DNA of 32,000 nt from Brevibacillus sp. B_LB10_24 (GCF_046036945.1 NZ_JBJQOQ010000010.1:1-32000); one strand, 5' to 3'. Positions 1-7,772 are shown, counted from the stretch's first letter. The notes: generated from the sequence alone by a model not told the origin. Translations and numbers: made by a program.

Positions 1-37
1 AGAATATACATTTTGTATGTTAATTGGTCAGTCGTAG

Positions 38-83
38 AAAAAAAACAGCCCACCTCGGCCAGTTCCGGCTGAGATGCGCTGTT
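38..83 (-). terminator. Rho-independent terminator closing the PTS/hydrolase operon
   Basis: Imperfect GC-rich hairpin (outer CAGC/GCTG at 46-49/78-81, inner CTCGGCC/GGCTGAG). On the minus strand it is followed directly by 8 U (plus-strand A run 38-45). It lies about 20 nt after the stop at 106-108. Confidence 0.7.
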
Positions 84-105
84 TCCAGTAAAAGAAGCAT
101 GCATG

Positions 106-870
106 TTATACGCGCTGTTTTTCTGGGAGCTCGGGTGCTGTCAGCTCCTGATAAGCCGTCTGGAGCAGTTCGGCCATCTCGTCAGCGAAGTAAGCGAGCA
201 TCTTCTCCCCTTTTTCCCGGGTCGCCAGAGTCGCGTCGCCGTAGACGCCGCTTTTGCTCATATGGCCGAGCGACATGGTCGATTTGCCGTACAGCGGCGG
301 CTTGTCCGGGTATTCGCGAACCGCTTTGTCCATCTGCACCAGCTCCGGCTGAAGTGCCAGCATCAGTGACGTCTCAAACTCACAGGCGTGGATCATGCCA
401 TGCCAAGTTGGAGACTCGCAAACCTGTTTAAACATCTGGTCCATCCCTGGATAAAACAGGTAGATGACAGGCATATCCAATTCGTCCTGCAACTCGCGGG
501 CGGCGTATTTCATCGACGAATTGTTGGCATCATGCCCATTGACCAGAACGAGCAGCTTGACGCCGTATCGCGATACGCTGTGAGCCACGTCTTTGATTAC
601 GGCTTCTACATGATCCTGTTGAAGCGAGACGGTGCCGGGAATATCGCGCCATACCCAGGAATACCCAAATGGCATTGTCGGCAGCAGCAGCGCTCCGGTC
701 TTTTCACAGATCTTCCGAGAGAGTCCCTCTGCTAAAAAGATATCGGCACCCAAAGGGAGATGATGACCGTGCTGTTCCGTCGCGCCGAGCGGCAGGACGG
801 CGACAGGAAACTCCTGTACGGCCGCTGCCGCTTCATCCCGCGTCATGTATTTGAGTTCTTTCACTCCCAT
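106..870 (-). CDS. creatininase-family (creatinine amidohydrolase fold) metal-dependent amidohydrolase
   Basis: 254-aa ORF. ATG at 868-870 is preceded by GAGGTG with a 7-nt spacer. Family-typical motifs are visible in the translation: LPLGATEQHGHHLPLGAD, VNGHDAN, ACEFETS. Confidence 0.8.
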   Translation of the reverse strand: MGVKELKYMTRDEAAAAVQEFPVAVLPLGATEQHGHHLPLGADIFLAEGLSRKICEKTGALLLPTMPFGYSWVWRDIPGTVSLQQDHVEAVIKDVAHSVSRYGVKLLVLVNGHDANNSSMKYAARELQDELDMPVIYLFYPGMDQMFKQVCESPTWHGMIHACEFETSLMLALQPELVQMDKAVREYPDKPPLYGKSTMSLGHMSKSGVYGDATLATREKGEKMLAYFADEMAELLQTAYQELTAPELPEKQRV

Positions 871-881
871 CTAGAGTCACC

Positions 882-1508
882 TCACTTTTTTAGCGTTTGT
901 ACCAGTTTGACATATTCAGCCGCGCTCTTACGGATCGCATCCAAGTGTTCACGGGTCGCACCGCGCGGGACCAGGTCGCTGCCAATCCCAAACGAACTGC
1001 AGCCGGCGGCGTAAAATTCCGCCAGGTTTTTCCTGCTGATCCCGCCGACTCCCATCAACTGCAGCCTTGGAAACGGCCCAAACAAGTTTTTTACATAATC
1101 GCTGCCGAGCGAGCCTGCCGGGAACAGCTTGACCACTTCGACTCCGTCAGCCAGCGCTTGCATCACCTCGCCGGGTGAATACACCCCGGGGAAAATGTGC
1201 ACGCCCTTGCCCAGAACGCAGCGGGTCAATTCACGATCCCAGCCAGGCGTGATGATGTACTGTGCCCCGGCTGCGATCGCCTTGTCCGCCTGCTCAGCGG
1301 TAGTGACGGTTCCTACGCCAAGCTGCAGCCTGCCTTGAAACTCGGCGGCAAGGGTCCTGATGCAGGCCAGGCCTATCTCCTCTTCACTCAGCGATACCTC
1401 CATCCAGGAGATGCCCTCGTCAAGCAAAGTGCGGGCTACGTCAGAGACATCCTCTGGCGCAACGCCGCGGATAATCGCCACGATTTCACCTTTTTGCAAG
1501 TTCATCAT
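882..1508 (-). CDS. KDPG/KHG (Eda-type) aldolase family protein
   Basis: The track ORF is 882-1520 with a TTG start. I prefer the ATG-ATG at 1508/1505, which follows GAGGGGGAG, because the TTG overlaps the upstream stop (1517-1519). Motifs: IAIIRG, WMEVSL (Glu), GVGTV, VVKLFPA (Schiff-base Lys context). Confidence 0.8.
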   Translation of the reverse strand: MMNLQKGEIVAIIRGVAPEDVSDVARTLLDEGISWMEVSLSEEEIGLACIRTLAAEFQGRLQLGVGTVTTAEQADKAIAAGAQYIITPGWDRELTRCVLGKGVHIFPGVYSPGEVMQALADGVEVVKLFPAGSLGSDYVKNLFGPFPRLQLMGVGGISRKNLAEFYAAGCSSFGIGSDLVPRGATREHLDAIRKSAAEYVKLVQTLKK

Positions 1509-1516
1509 GCTCCCCC

Positions 1517-2428
1517 TCAAAATGCCAGCCAGCGGGCTGGATTTTTGATGAAGATCGTGTCAATCTGCTCTTGTGTAATCCCTTCATCGAGCAGTCGGGG
1601 GATAAATTTGGTGATGATGTATTTGAATCCGGGACCTCCGCCGTATGCGTGCAGGTAGGATTGCCGGCCCATATCTCCCGAGATCAGCAATTGCTCCAGG
1701 AACCCGTTGTCAATCATGTTTTTGATCAAGGCGACACGGGTGCTGTCAGGGTAGTATTTCACTTTGCTTGGTCCGTCGAATTGAACGTATGCGCCTCTCT
1801 TGGCCAGTTGCAAATGGTAGTACGGATCAGCGTTGCGGTCGCTGTGACCGACCGCCACTACAGACAAGTTGACACCTTCTTCTTCCAAAATATCCAGCAT
1901 TTCCATTCCCATGGTACCCGCTTCGGTGTGCAGCCAGATCGGCGCGTTTGTCTCGAGCTGGGCTCGGGCGACTGCGCGCGTCACCTTTTCCTCTAGCGGA
2001 TGGATCAGCTGCAGCCAGGATCCTGCCTTGAGGAACCCCGCTTTTGCATCGCTGCCGTCCATTCCTACCGTCACGTCGTGAACCAGGCGATCTTTGATCT
2101 GGTCGATGCTCTCTTTTTCCACCCAGTCGGGGAAGTAGATATGCTTGTTAAAGCCAGTTGTACCGATGACATGGACACCGGCTGCTTCCGACATGCTTTT
2201 TAGTTTATTGCCGTCGCGGCCATAATCCAGTGTAGAGGCGTCAACCAGCGCCTGACCGCCGACCGATTTGAAGTTGAGCAGCTCCTCCAGAGAGGCATCG
2301 TAGTTGGTCAGCTCCAGGTCGCGGTCTTTTTGCGACGGCGGCGGACAGCACCACAAGTGCTCGTGCGAATAGGTAAAACCGAGTTCCTCAGGTAAAATGT
2401 CACCCCGTACAGTACGAATTTTTTTCAT
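1517..2428 (-). CDS. phosphotriesterase-related (PTE/Php, COG1735 amidohydrolase) protein, probable lactonase-type hydrolase
   Basis: 303 aa, with AAGGAG 9 nt upstream of the ATG. A complete binuclear-metal ligand pattern is visible: FTYSHEHL (HxH), GFLKAGS (Lys), LHTEAG, AVGHSD, ISGDMG. Confidence 0.85.
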   Translation of the reverse strand: MKKIRTVRGDILPEELGFTYSHEHLWCCPPPSQKDRDLELTNYDASLEELLNFKSVGGQALVDASTLDYGRDGNKLKSMSEAAGVHVIGTTGFNKHIYFPDWVEKESIDQIKDRLVHDVTVGMDGSDAKAGFLKAGSWLQLIHPLEEKVTRAVARAQLETNAPIWLHTEAGTMGMEMLDILEEEGVNLSVVAVGHSDRNADPYYHLQLAKRGAYVQFDGPSKVKYYPDSTRVALIKNMIDNGFLEQLLISGDMGRQSYLHAYGGGPGFKYIITKFIPRLLDEGITQEQIDTIFIKNPARWLAF

Positions 2429-2537
2429 CTCTTACCACTCCTTGTCTTTTTTGCTGTAGGTGAAGATGATGCGGCCCTAACCGTGGTGCTGACCGTACCG
2501 GAAAGGGCCGGGAAGCCGCCAGATGTCCTTCTCCTGT

Positions 2538-3800
2538 TCAGACGCCGAACAACATGCCGATCAATCGCATGAGGATGACGACGATCACGGCATCAGGCGA
2601 CGCGAACCACAATCCCTGCACGCCGTATTTACCCACGTCGATCAGCGGATACGCCAGTGCGATCAAGAGCGAGAACGTAAAACCGAGGAAAAAACCGCCG
2701 ACAACCGCTCCTCTTCTGCCGCCAACCGCGTTGCCGAAGACGCCTGCGGCGCCGCCCATGAAGAACAGGCCGATCACAGAAGGGAGCACAACCACCGGCA
2801 GCCACTTGGAGATAAATGTAACCAAGAGTCCGCCGACCATCGCCGCCAGAAAGCCGATCGTCACCGCGACCGGTGCGAAGGAGTAGAAAATCGGCACGTC
2901 CAGCGCCGGCTTGGCACCGGGAACGATTTTTTCGCCTACCCCTTTAAAGGCAGGAATGATTTCCCCGAGGAACATTCTGACCCCTTGCAGCAGGACCAGC
3001 ACGCCGGCGACGAACGTCAAGGCATTGATGATGGCAAACAGGAAGGTGTTTTGTCCCTGTGTTATGTCTGCCATTTTCGCCGGGTCGACGAACAGGGCCG
3101 TCACTACGTAGACCAGGACCATGACAATCCCCATCAACACGGACATATCCTTCAAGAAATCTAGTGATTTCGGCACTTTCATATCTTCCGAACTCTTCGT
3201 CTTGTCACCGAGCAGTCCGCCGACCCAACCGGAGAGGCTGATCCAGGAACTGCCCCAGAAACCGAAGGCGACGCTGTCGTTGCCGGTAACCTTGCGGACG
3301 AACCGCTGGGAAATGGCCGGGAACAAAACCATCGAGATCCCTTGCACGACAGAACCGATCACGATTGCCTTTACCCCTGTGACCCCCATCTGGTCGAGTG
3401 TAATCGCCATCGTTCCGGCGAAGGAAAACATCATGTGTCCGGTCAGGAAGATGTACTTCCACGGCGTAAATCTAGCCAGCACCAGGTTGATCAGGAAGGA
3501 AAAGACCATGATCAATGCTGTTTCCTTGCCAAGAACAACCTGAACGGCTGCGACCAGTGAGTTGTCCTCTGCCACGATCCCGTGGAGTCCAAACGCACTT
3601 GTGAACATCGTGCTGAAGGGAACCAGCGCGTTGACGATAATCCCGGATCCCGCTTGCAGGATTAAAAATCCAAACAAGGTTTTCAACGTTCCTTTAATGA
3701 TGTCTGACGTCGATTTGCGAAGCGCGATCAGCCCGACGGCAGCGATAATCCCCAGGATGAATGCGGGATTGCTCAAAATGGCAGTTATAAAATTCAGCAT
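2538..3800 (-). CDS. PTS ascorbate-family (UlaA/SgaT-type) EIIC permease
   Basis: 420-aa, very hydrophobic multi-pass ORF. It starts 5 nt after the EIIB stop and resembles UlaA/SgaT-type EIIC in length and composition. Confidence 0.9.
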   Translation of the reverse strand: MLNFITAILSNPAFILGIIAAVGLIALRKSTSDIIKGTLKTLFGFLILQAGSGIIVNALVPFSTMFTSAFGLHGIVAEDNSLVAAVQVVLGKETALIMVFSFLINLVLARFTPWKYIFLTGHMMFSFAGTMAITLDQMGVTGVKAIVIGSVVQGISMVLFPAISQRFVRKVTGNDSVAFGFWGSSWISLSGWVGGLLGDKTKSSEDMKVPKSLDFLKDMSVLMGIVMVLVYVVTALFVDPAKMADITQGQNTFLFAIINALTFVAGVLVLLQGVRMFLGEIIPAFKGVGEKIVPGAKPALDVPIFYSFAPVAVTIGFLAAMVGGLLVTFISKWLPVVVLPSVIGLFFMGGAAGVFGNAVGGRRGAVVGGFFLGFTFSLLIALAYPLIDVGKYGVQGLWFASPDAVIVVILMRLIGMLFGV

Positions 3801-3805
3801 GTTGG

Positions 3806-4096
3806 CTATGCCCCCTTGGTATCGGCAATCCGCCTGATCACAGGCATCACTTTCGCTTCAATCTCTTGTTTGTCGAGCAGGTTGTCAATCGCGACTACTT
3901 CTACGGTCTCTGCGGACAGCTCAGCGGCAATCTCTCCGGATGCGACCATAAAGTCACAAGTCTTCCCTTTGGCCGAACCCAAATCGACCGCTTCACCGTC
4001 AACGGCAAAACCGTGCTTCTGCGCAATCGCCTGCACTTCCATCAGCAGCATCAAACTTGTACCAAAACCCATCCCGCATACCGTTACCACTCTCAT
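3806..4096 (-). CDS. PTS EIIB component (UlaB/SgaB-type)
   Basis: The track ORF is 3806-4117. I moved the start to ATG 4094-4096 (GGAG 7 nt upstream). This gives MRVVTVCGMGFGTS, the N-terminal active-site Cys loop typical of this EIIB family. Confidence 0.85.
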   Translation of the reverse strand: MRVVTVCGMGFGTSLMLLMEVQAIAQKHGFAVDGEAVDLGSAKGKTCDFMVASGEIAAELSAETVEVVAIDNLLDKQEIEAKVMPVIRRIADTKGA

Positions 4097-4130
4097 CTCT
4101 GATCTCCATCCTCTCATCTTCAGGTTTTAT

Positions 4131-4568
4131 TTACTGGATTGCCTGCTGCAGCTCAGAAAATGTCGCTGCCTTCATGATCCCTTGCAGCTTGTTTGCATCG
4201 CCAAGGATACCGGCCAAGGCCTGCAGCATGCCGATATGGCCCGTGTTGTCCACTCCGCCGATCGCACACACCAGGCGAACCGGATCATTGGTAGGATGTC
4301 CAAAAGCTACCGGCTCCTTTAGCCTGACCAGCGACAGGCACTGCTCCTTCACCCCATGCTCGGGTCGGGCGTGCGGGATTGCGATTCCCGGCGCCAGTAC
4401 GATGTAGGGGCCAATTTCCCGAAAGCCATTGACCATCGCATCGACATAACCGGCCTCTACCTTGCCTGCTTCAACCAACAGGCTGCCGGCCAGCCGGATT
4501 GCCTCCTCGGCCGTTTTTGCTTCAGCATCCAAACGTACAACTTCTTGGCTTAATAGCAGCATCAACAT
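4131..4568 (-). CDS. PTS EIIA component (EIIA-2 Mtl/Fru/Asc family)
   Basis: 145 aa. Phosphorylatable His context GIAIPHARPEHGV. Located 9 nt downstream of the GntR-family gene. Confidence 0.85.
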   Translation of the reverse strand: MLMLLLSQEVVRLDAEAKTAEEAIRLAGSLLVEAGKVEAGYVDAMVNGFREIGPYIVLAPGIAIPHARPEHGVKEQCLSLVRLKEPVAFGHPTNDPVRLVCAIGGVDNTGHIGMLQALAGILGDANKLQGIMKAATFSELQQAIQ

Positions 4569-4577
4569 CTGTCCTCT

Positions 4578-5330
4578 CTAGTCGAAGTCAATCACTTTCT
4601 GTTTGGTCCGGCCGGACAAGGAGATCCGGTATTGATAACGGTCGGCCCGGCAGATCATTTCCACCCTCTCCACCGGAGTGCCGTCAGACAGCATGGAGGC
4701 GCGGGTGATGTGCAAAACAGCCGAATCCGGCGGAATTTCCAGTTCAAAAGCCTCCAGTTCGGACGCTTCGCGGGCCCTGATCAATTCATCAGCACGTTCG
4801 ATTTTCAGGCCGTAGGTGGTCTCCAGTTCGCTGTACAGGGATTCGTTCGACAGCCCTCGCTCGAGAAACCCCGGCAAAAACTTGGCTCGCAGGTAATTCA
4901 TCATGATAGCGATCGGCTCTCCGTCGGCACAGCGAATCCGTTTGACGCAGATCATGCTTTCGTCGGGATCAAGTCCCATCTCGGCTATCATTTTTTTCGA
5001 AGGCTGCACTTCTACGATCTGCAAGCCTTTGGTTCCCGGGGTCTTCCCTTTTTGCCTCATCTCCTCGGTCCAACTGGTGATACTCTCCATGTCCTGGGTG
5101 ATTTTCGGCTTTTGCACAAAGGTTCCCCGGCCTTGCTGCTTGACCACCAGCCCTTCTGCAACCAGGGAATCGATCGCCTTTCTGACCGTCATCCGGCTCA
5201 CCTGGTAGGTTTTTTCGATTTCCGGTTCGGTCGGGATCATATCTCCCGGTTTCAAATGCTCTTCGATATACTCGCGCAAGCTCTTTTGCAGCTGCACGTA
5301 CAGCGGTTCATGAGAATCCTTGCTCAACAC
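4578..5330 (-). CDS. GntR-family transcriptional regulator, HutC/UTRA subfamily
   Basis: 250 aa with a GTG start at 5328-5330. N-terminal winged HTH (YQVSRMTVRKAIDSLVAEGLVVKQQGRGTFV) plus a UTRA-like C-terminal effector domain. First gene of the PTS operon. Confidence 0.9.
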   Translation of the reverse strand: MLSKDSHEPLYVQLQKSLREYIEEHLKPGDMIPTEPEIEKTYQVSRMTVRKAIDSLVAEGLVVKQQGRGTFVQKPKITQDMESITSWTEEMRQKGKTPGTKGLQIVEVQPSKKMIAEMGLDPDESMICVKRIRCADGEPIAIMMNYLRAKFLPGFLERGLSNESLYSELETTYGLKIERADELIRAREASELEAFELEIPPDSAVLHITRASMLSDGTPVERVEMICRADRYQYRISLSGRTKQKVIDFD

Positions 5331-5370
5331 GGAATATCAACCCCAAAATTCATCATAATGTTATACGATT

Positions 5371-5384
5371 TGAATTCGCTTTCA
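5371..5384. promoter_or_regulatory. candidate catabolite-responsive element (cre, CcpA site)
   Basis: TGAATTCGCTTTCA (minus strand TGAAAGCGAATTCA) matches the cre consensus TGWAANCGNTNWCA at 13 of 14 positions in either orientation. It lies just downstream of the predicted -10 of the PTS operon promoter. Confidence 0.45.
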
Positions 5385-5391
5385 TATCTAA

Positions 5392-5420
5392 ACATTACAT
5401 CGTTATAATGAATTTGACAA
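5392..5420 (-). promoter_or_regulatory. candidate sigma-A promoter of the gntR-PTS operon
   Basis: Minus strand reads TTGTCA (5420-5415), a 17-nt spacer, then TAATGT (5397-5392). It sits in the AT-rich 264-bp gap upstream of the GntR gene. Confidence 0.45.
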
Positions 5421-5573
5421 GGGCTTTTCTTCGGTTTTTTTCTTTCAAATATTAACAGCAGCAGCTGTAAAACTGTACAAATTCGCTGTTTTTACAGCTT
5501 TTAAGCCACTTTCCAGCAAGCTCGACCAAAGTGAAGTTTTATAAATTCATTATGATGTATGCATATCATTCGT

Positions 5574-5607
5574 AAAAAAAAAGCCAGCGGCCTTTTACAC
5601 CGCTAGC
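5574..5607 (-). terminator. Rho-independent terminator of the FtsH-like operon
   Basis: Stem GCCAGCGG/CCGCTAGC (5583-5590/5600-5607, 7 of 8 paired) overlaps the TAA stop. On the minus strand it is followed by 9 U (A run 5574-5582). Confidence 0.75.
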
Positions 5608-7100
5608 TCTTCAACCGGCTGTATTTTTTTCAACATGTCCCGGAAGGAATCTCCGCTTAACACTTCTTGATCCCACAAGATTTGCAAACTGCCCGTAAAC
5701 ACTTCATCATGTGCCTGAAGCAGCTTTCGCGTCCGCTCGACCAGATCTTCCAGAATGCGGTTTACTTCCTCATGCACCTGTGTTTTGTCGATGTACTGCA
5801 GATGGACAATCCCCAGCTCCGACATGCCGCTTTGGACAATCTCCTGCGCCATACTCAACGCTTGTTCAAAGTCGTTCTTGGAACCGGTGCTGCGTCCGCC
5901 GAAATAGATCTCTTCCGCAACCGCTCCCCCGAGGCAGACCATAATCTGCTTTTCCAGGGCCTCTTTGGTGTAGAGGTAGCGGTCTTCCATCGGATTTTGC
6001 CGGACGTAGCCCAATGCCTGCCCGCGCGGACTGAGTGTCACTTGGGAAACGGAACCGGGCCGGACGCGCTCGCTGACGATGGCGTGCCCCAATTCGTGCA
6101 GGGCGACCCGCCGTTTTTCTTCGTCGGAGGCTTCCCGGTCGCTCTTTTCGCCCATCATGACCTTGTCAACAGCCAGCTCAAAATGCTGTCCGCATATCTG
6201 CTCCGCACCGTCCCGCATCGCATAGATGGCCGCTTCGTTGGCGACGCTCTCCAACTGCGCTCCGGAGAATCCAAACGTCTCTTGGGCAATCCGCTCCACG
6301 TGGACGTCGGAGGCCAGCGGCTTGTTCGCCGTGTGGATCTCGAGGATTTGCATTCGCGCCTTCTTGTCCGGCAGATCCACGGCGATATGGCGGTCGAACC
6401 GGCCAGGCCGCAGCAAGGCGGAATCGAGCATATCCTTGCGGTTCGTCGCCGCGATCAACAGGATGCGCGGATTGTCGCTGGTAGTGATCCCGTCCATCTC
6501 AGTCAGCAGTTGGTTCAGCGTCTGATCGTACTCCCGCTGCTGCTGTCCATCCCGCTTTCCGCCGATGACGTCAATCTCGTCGATGAAGATAATGCCGTTG
6601 TTTTGGCCGTTCTTCTCCGCGAGCTGCTTTACTTCGCGGAACAGTTCCCGCACGCGCTGGGCACCTACACCGACGTACATCTCCACAAATTGCGAGCCGG
6701 ACGCGGCGACAAATGCGGAGTTGGTATAGTTGGCAGCCGCTTTGGCCATCAGCGTCTTCCCCGTACCGGGGGGACCTGTCAGCAGCACGCCTTTAATCGG
6801 CCGGATACCGTACTTTTCCAGGTTATCCTTGTGGATCAAAAAGTCCAACGCTTCTTTTAATTCGCGTTTGGCCCGCTCTTGTCCACCGATATCGGAAAAC
6901 TGAATGGCCGTTTTCACAACCGCATGTTTTCCCGCCTTGCTTCGCGCTTTGAATCCGCCCATGCCGGCCTGGCGCGAAAAAAAGAACAGAATTCCTGCCA
7001 GGATAGCGCCGAATAGCAGGAAGGGGCCGATGTTAATCCCTAAAAACATCAGAAAGATCAATACCGCCGGAACCGCTCCGAAGAGAATCTCCTTAGTCAC
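5595..7100 (-). CDS. short FtsH-family AAA+ zinc metalloprotease paralogue lacking the extracytoplasmic domain
   Basis: 501 aa.
- Two adjacent N-terminal hydrophobic segments with no loop domain between them.
- Walker A GPPGTGKT at about residue 109.
- Walker B IIFIDEID.
- SRH TNRKDMLDSALLRPGRFDR.
- M41 HEXXH as HELGHA, plus GGAVAEEIYFG.
- GTG start (7098-7100) overlaps the upstream stop by 8 nt (GTGACTAA). Confidence 0.85.
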   Translation of the reverse strand: MTKEILFGAVPAVLIFLMFLGINIGPFLLFGAILAGILFFFSRQAGMGGFKARSKAGKHAVVKTAIQFSDIGGQERAKRELKEALDFLIHKDNLEKYGIRPIKGVLLTGPPGTGKTLMAKAAANYTNSAFVAASGSQFVEMYVGVGAQRVRELFREVKQLAEKNGQNNGIIFIDEIDVIGGKRDGQQQREYDQTLNQLLTEMDGITTSDNPRILLIAATNRKDMLDSALLRPGRFDRHIAVDLPDKKARMQILEIHTANKPLASDVHVERIAQETFGFSGAQLESVANEAAIYAMRDGAEQICGQHFELAVDKVMMGEKSDREASDEEKRRVALHELGHAIVSERVRPGSVSQVTLSPRGQALGYVRQNPMEDRYLYTKEALEKQIMVCLGGAVAEEIYFGGRSTGSKNDFEQALSMAQEIVQSGMSELGIVHLQYIDKTQVHEEVNRILEDLVERTRKLLQAHDEVFTGSLQILWDQEVLSGDSFRDMLKKIQPVEELAV

Positions 7101-7674
7101 GGATCGTCACCTCGTTTCCTTGCTGGGATAAGCGCGGCAATACGGTATAATACTGCTTGGAACCGCGCTGCAGGTAGACGTACACATTGGTGTCGTCCAT
7201 GCTGGAGGCAGCCAGATCCAAGTGGTTTGCGTCTTTCCACTTGTTCAGGATCGCAGGAATTCTGCTGTACTGATGCAAGTCCATTGCCTCCGTGATGTCA
7301 AATATTCCGTTCGACCAGATCTGCTTCAATTCCGGGTCCTGGTTCGTCAAGTGAATTTCTACTTGCTTGCCTGCCGAAATAGGCTTGATCGCGGCCAACA
7401 GCCGCGCATATTCACTGGCAAACTGGTCCGGTTTTGTTATCGTTAGGTTCAATGCGATACGCTCTTTATCTACGAGTAAATCAGCCAATTTGGCCGAGGT
7501 CATCTGATTCACTTCTGTGCGAATTGGCTCTTCAATTGCCGTTTTCTGATAGATAAACCATCCGCCAAACAGGAGAGCAAGCGTAGCAAGCAGCGAAAGC
7601 ACAACCGGTACTTTACGTACGGACACACGAACTCCCCCTTTTTTCTCATGCTGCATCTCGTCTATCAGGTTCAA
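7093..7674 (-). CDS. single-pass membrane-anchored protein of unknown function, translationally coupled to the FtsH-like gene
   Basis: Track ORF of 193 aa with a TTG start at 7674. The more likely start is GTG 7624-7626, preceded by GGGGGAG (5-nt spacer), giving MSVRKVPVVLSLLATLALLFGGWFIY. It has one N-terminal TM segment and then about 150 aa predicted outside. I recognise no family. Confidence 0.6.
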   Translation of the reverse strand: MNLIDEMQHEKKGGVRVSVRKVPVVLSLLATLALLFGGWFIYQKTAIEEPIRTEVNQMTSAKLADLLVDKERIALNLTITKPDQFASEYARLLAAIKPISAGKQVEIHLTNQDPELKQIWSNGIFDITEAMDLHQYSRIPAILNKWKDANHLDLAASSMDDTNVYVYLQRGSKQYYTVLPRLSQQGNEVTIRD

Positions 7675-7682
7675 CGCCTTTC

Positions 7683-7691
7683 AGTATATCA
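7683..7691 (-). promoter_or_regulatory. candidate extended -10 element (TGaTATACT) for the membrane-protein/FtsH-like operon
   Basis: Minus strand reads GTGATATACT. No good -35 is present. Its position would put the transcription start at about the TTG at 7674, which supports a downstream start codon. Confidence 0.35.
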
Positions 7692-7742
7692 CATTTATAT
7701 AGCATGGTTCGCATGTAGATGTTGGGATCGAACGACAGGTGC

Positions 7743-7772
7743 TTGTCTCTTCGCCTGCCGAGCGGCGATAAT
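7743..7772 (+). promoter_or_regulatory. candidate sigma-A promoter of the oxidoreductase gene
   Basis: TTGTCT (7743-7748), an 18-nt spacer, then GATAAT (7767-7772). It lies about 45 nt upstream of the RBS. Confidence 0.4.

Noticed and set aside
24-431. 135-aa and 88-aa plus-strand ORFs at the left edge.
   Set aside because: They overlap the terminator and the creatininase-family CDS on the other strand. They are Arg/Ser/Pro-rich shadow ORFs.
2472-2510. GC-rich hairpin (CGGCCCT/AGGGCCG, 25-nt loop) in the 109-nt gap between the EIIC and PTE-family genes.
   Set aside because: No U-tract follows it on either strand and the stem is short relative to the loop. That is not enough to call a terminator, a REP element or a processing site.
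5667-6860. 397-aa plus-strand ORF antisense to the FtsH-like gene.
   Set aside because: It is a mirror-frame ORF inside a well-supported minus-strand CDS. It has no RBS, an R/H/Q/L-rich low-information composition and no recognisable motifs.
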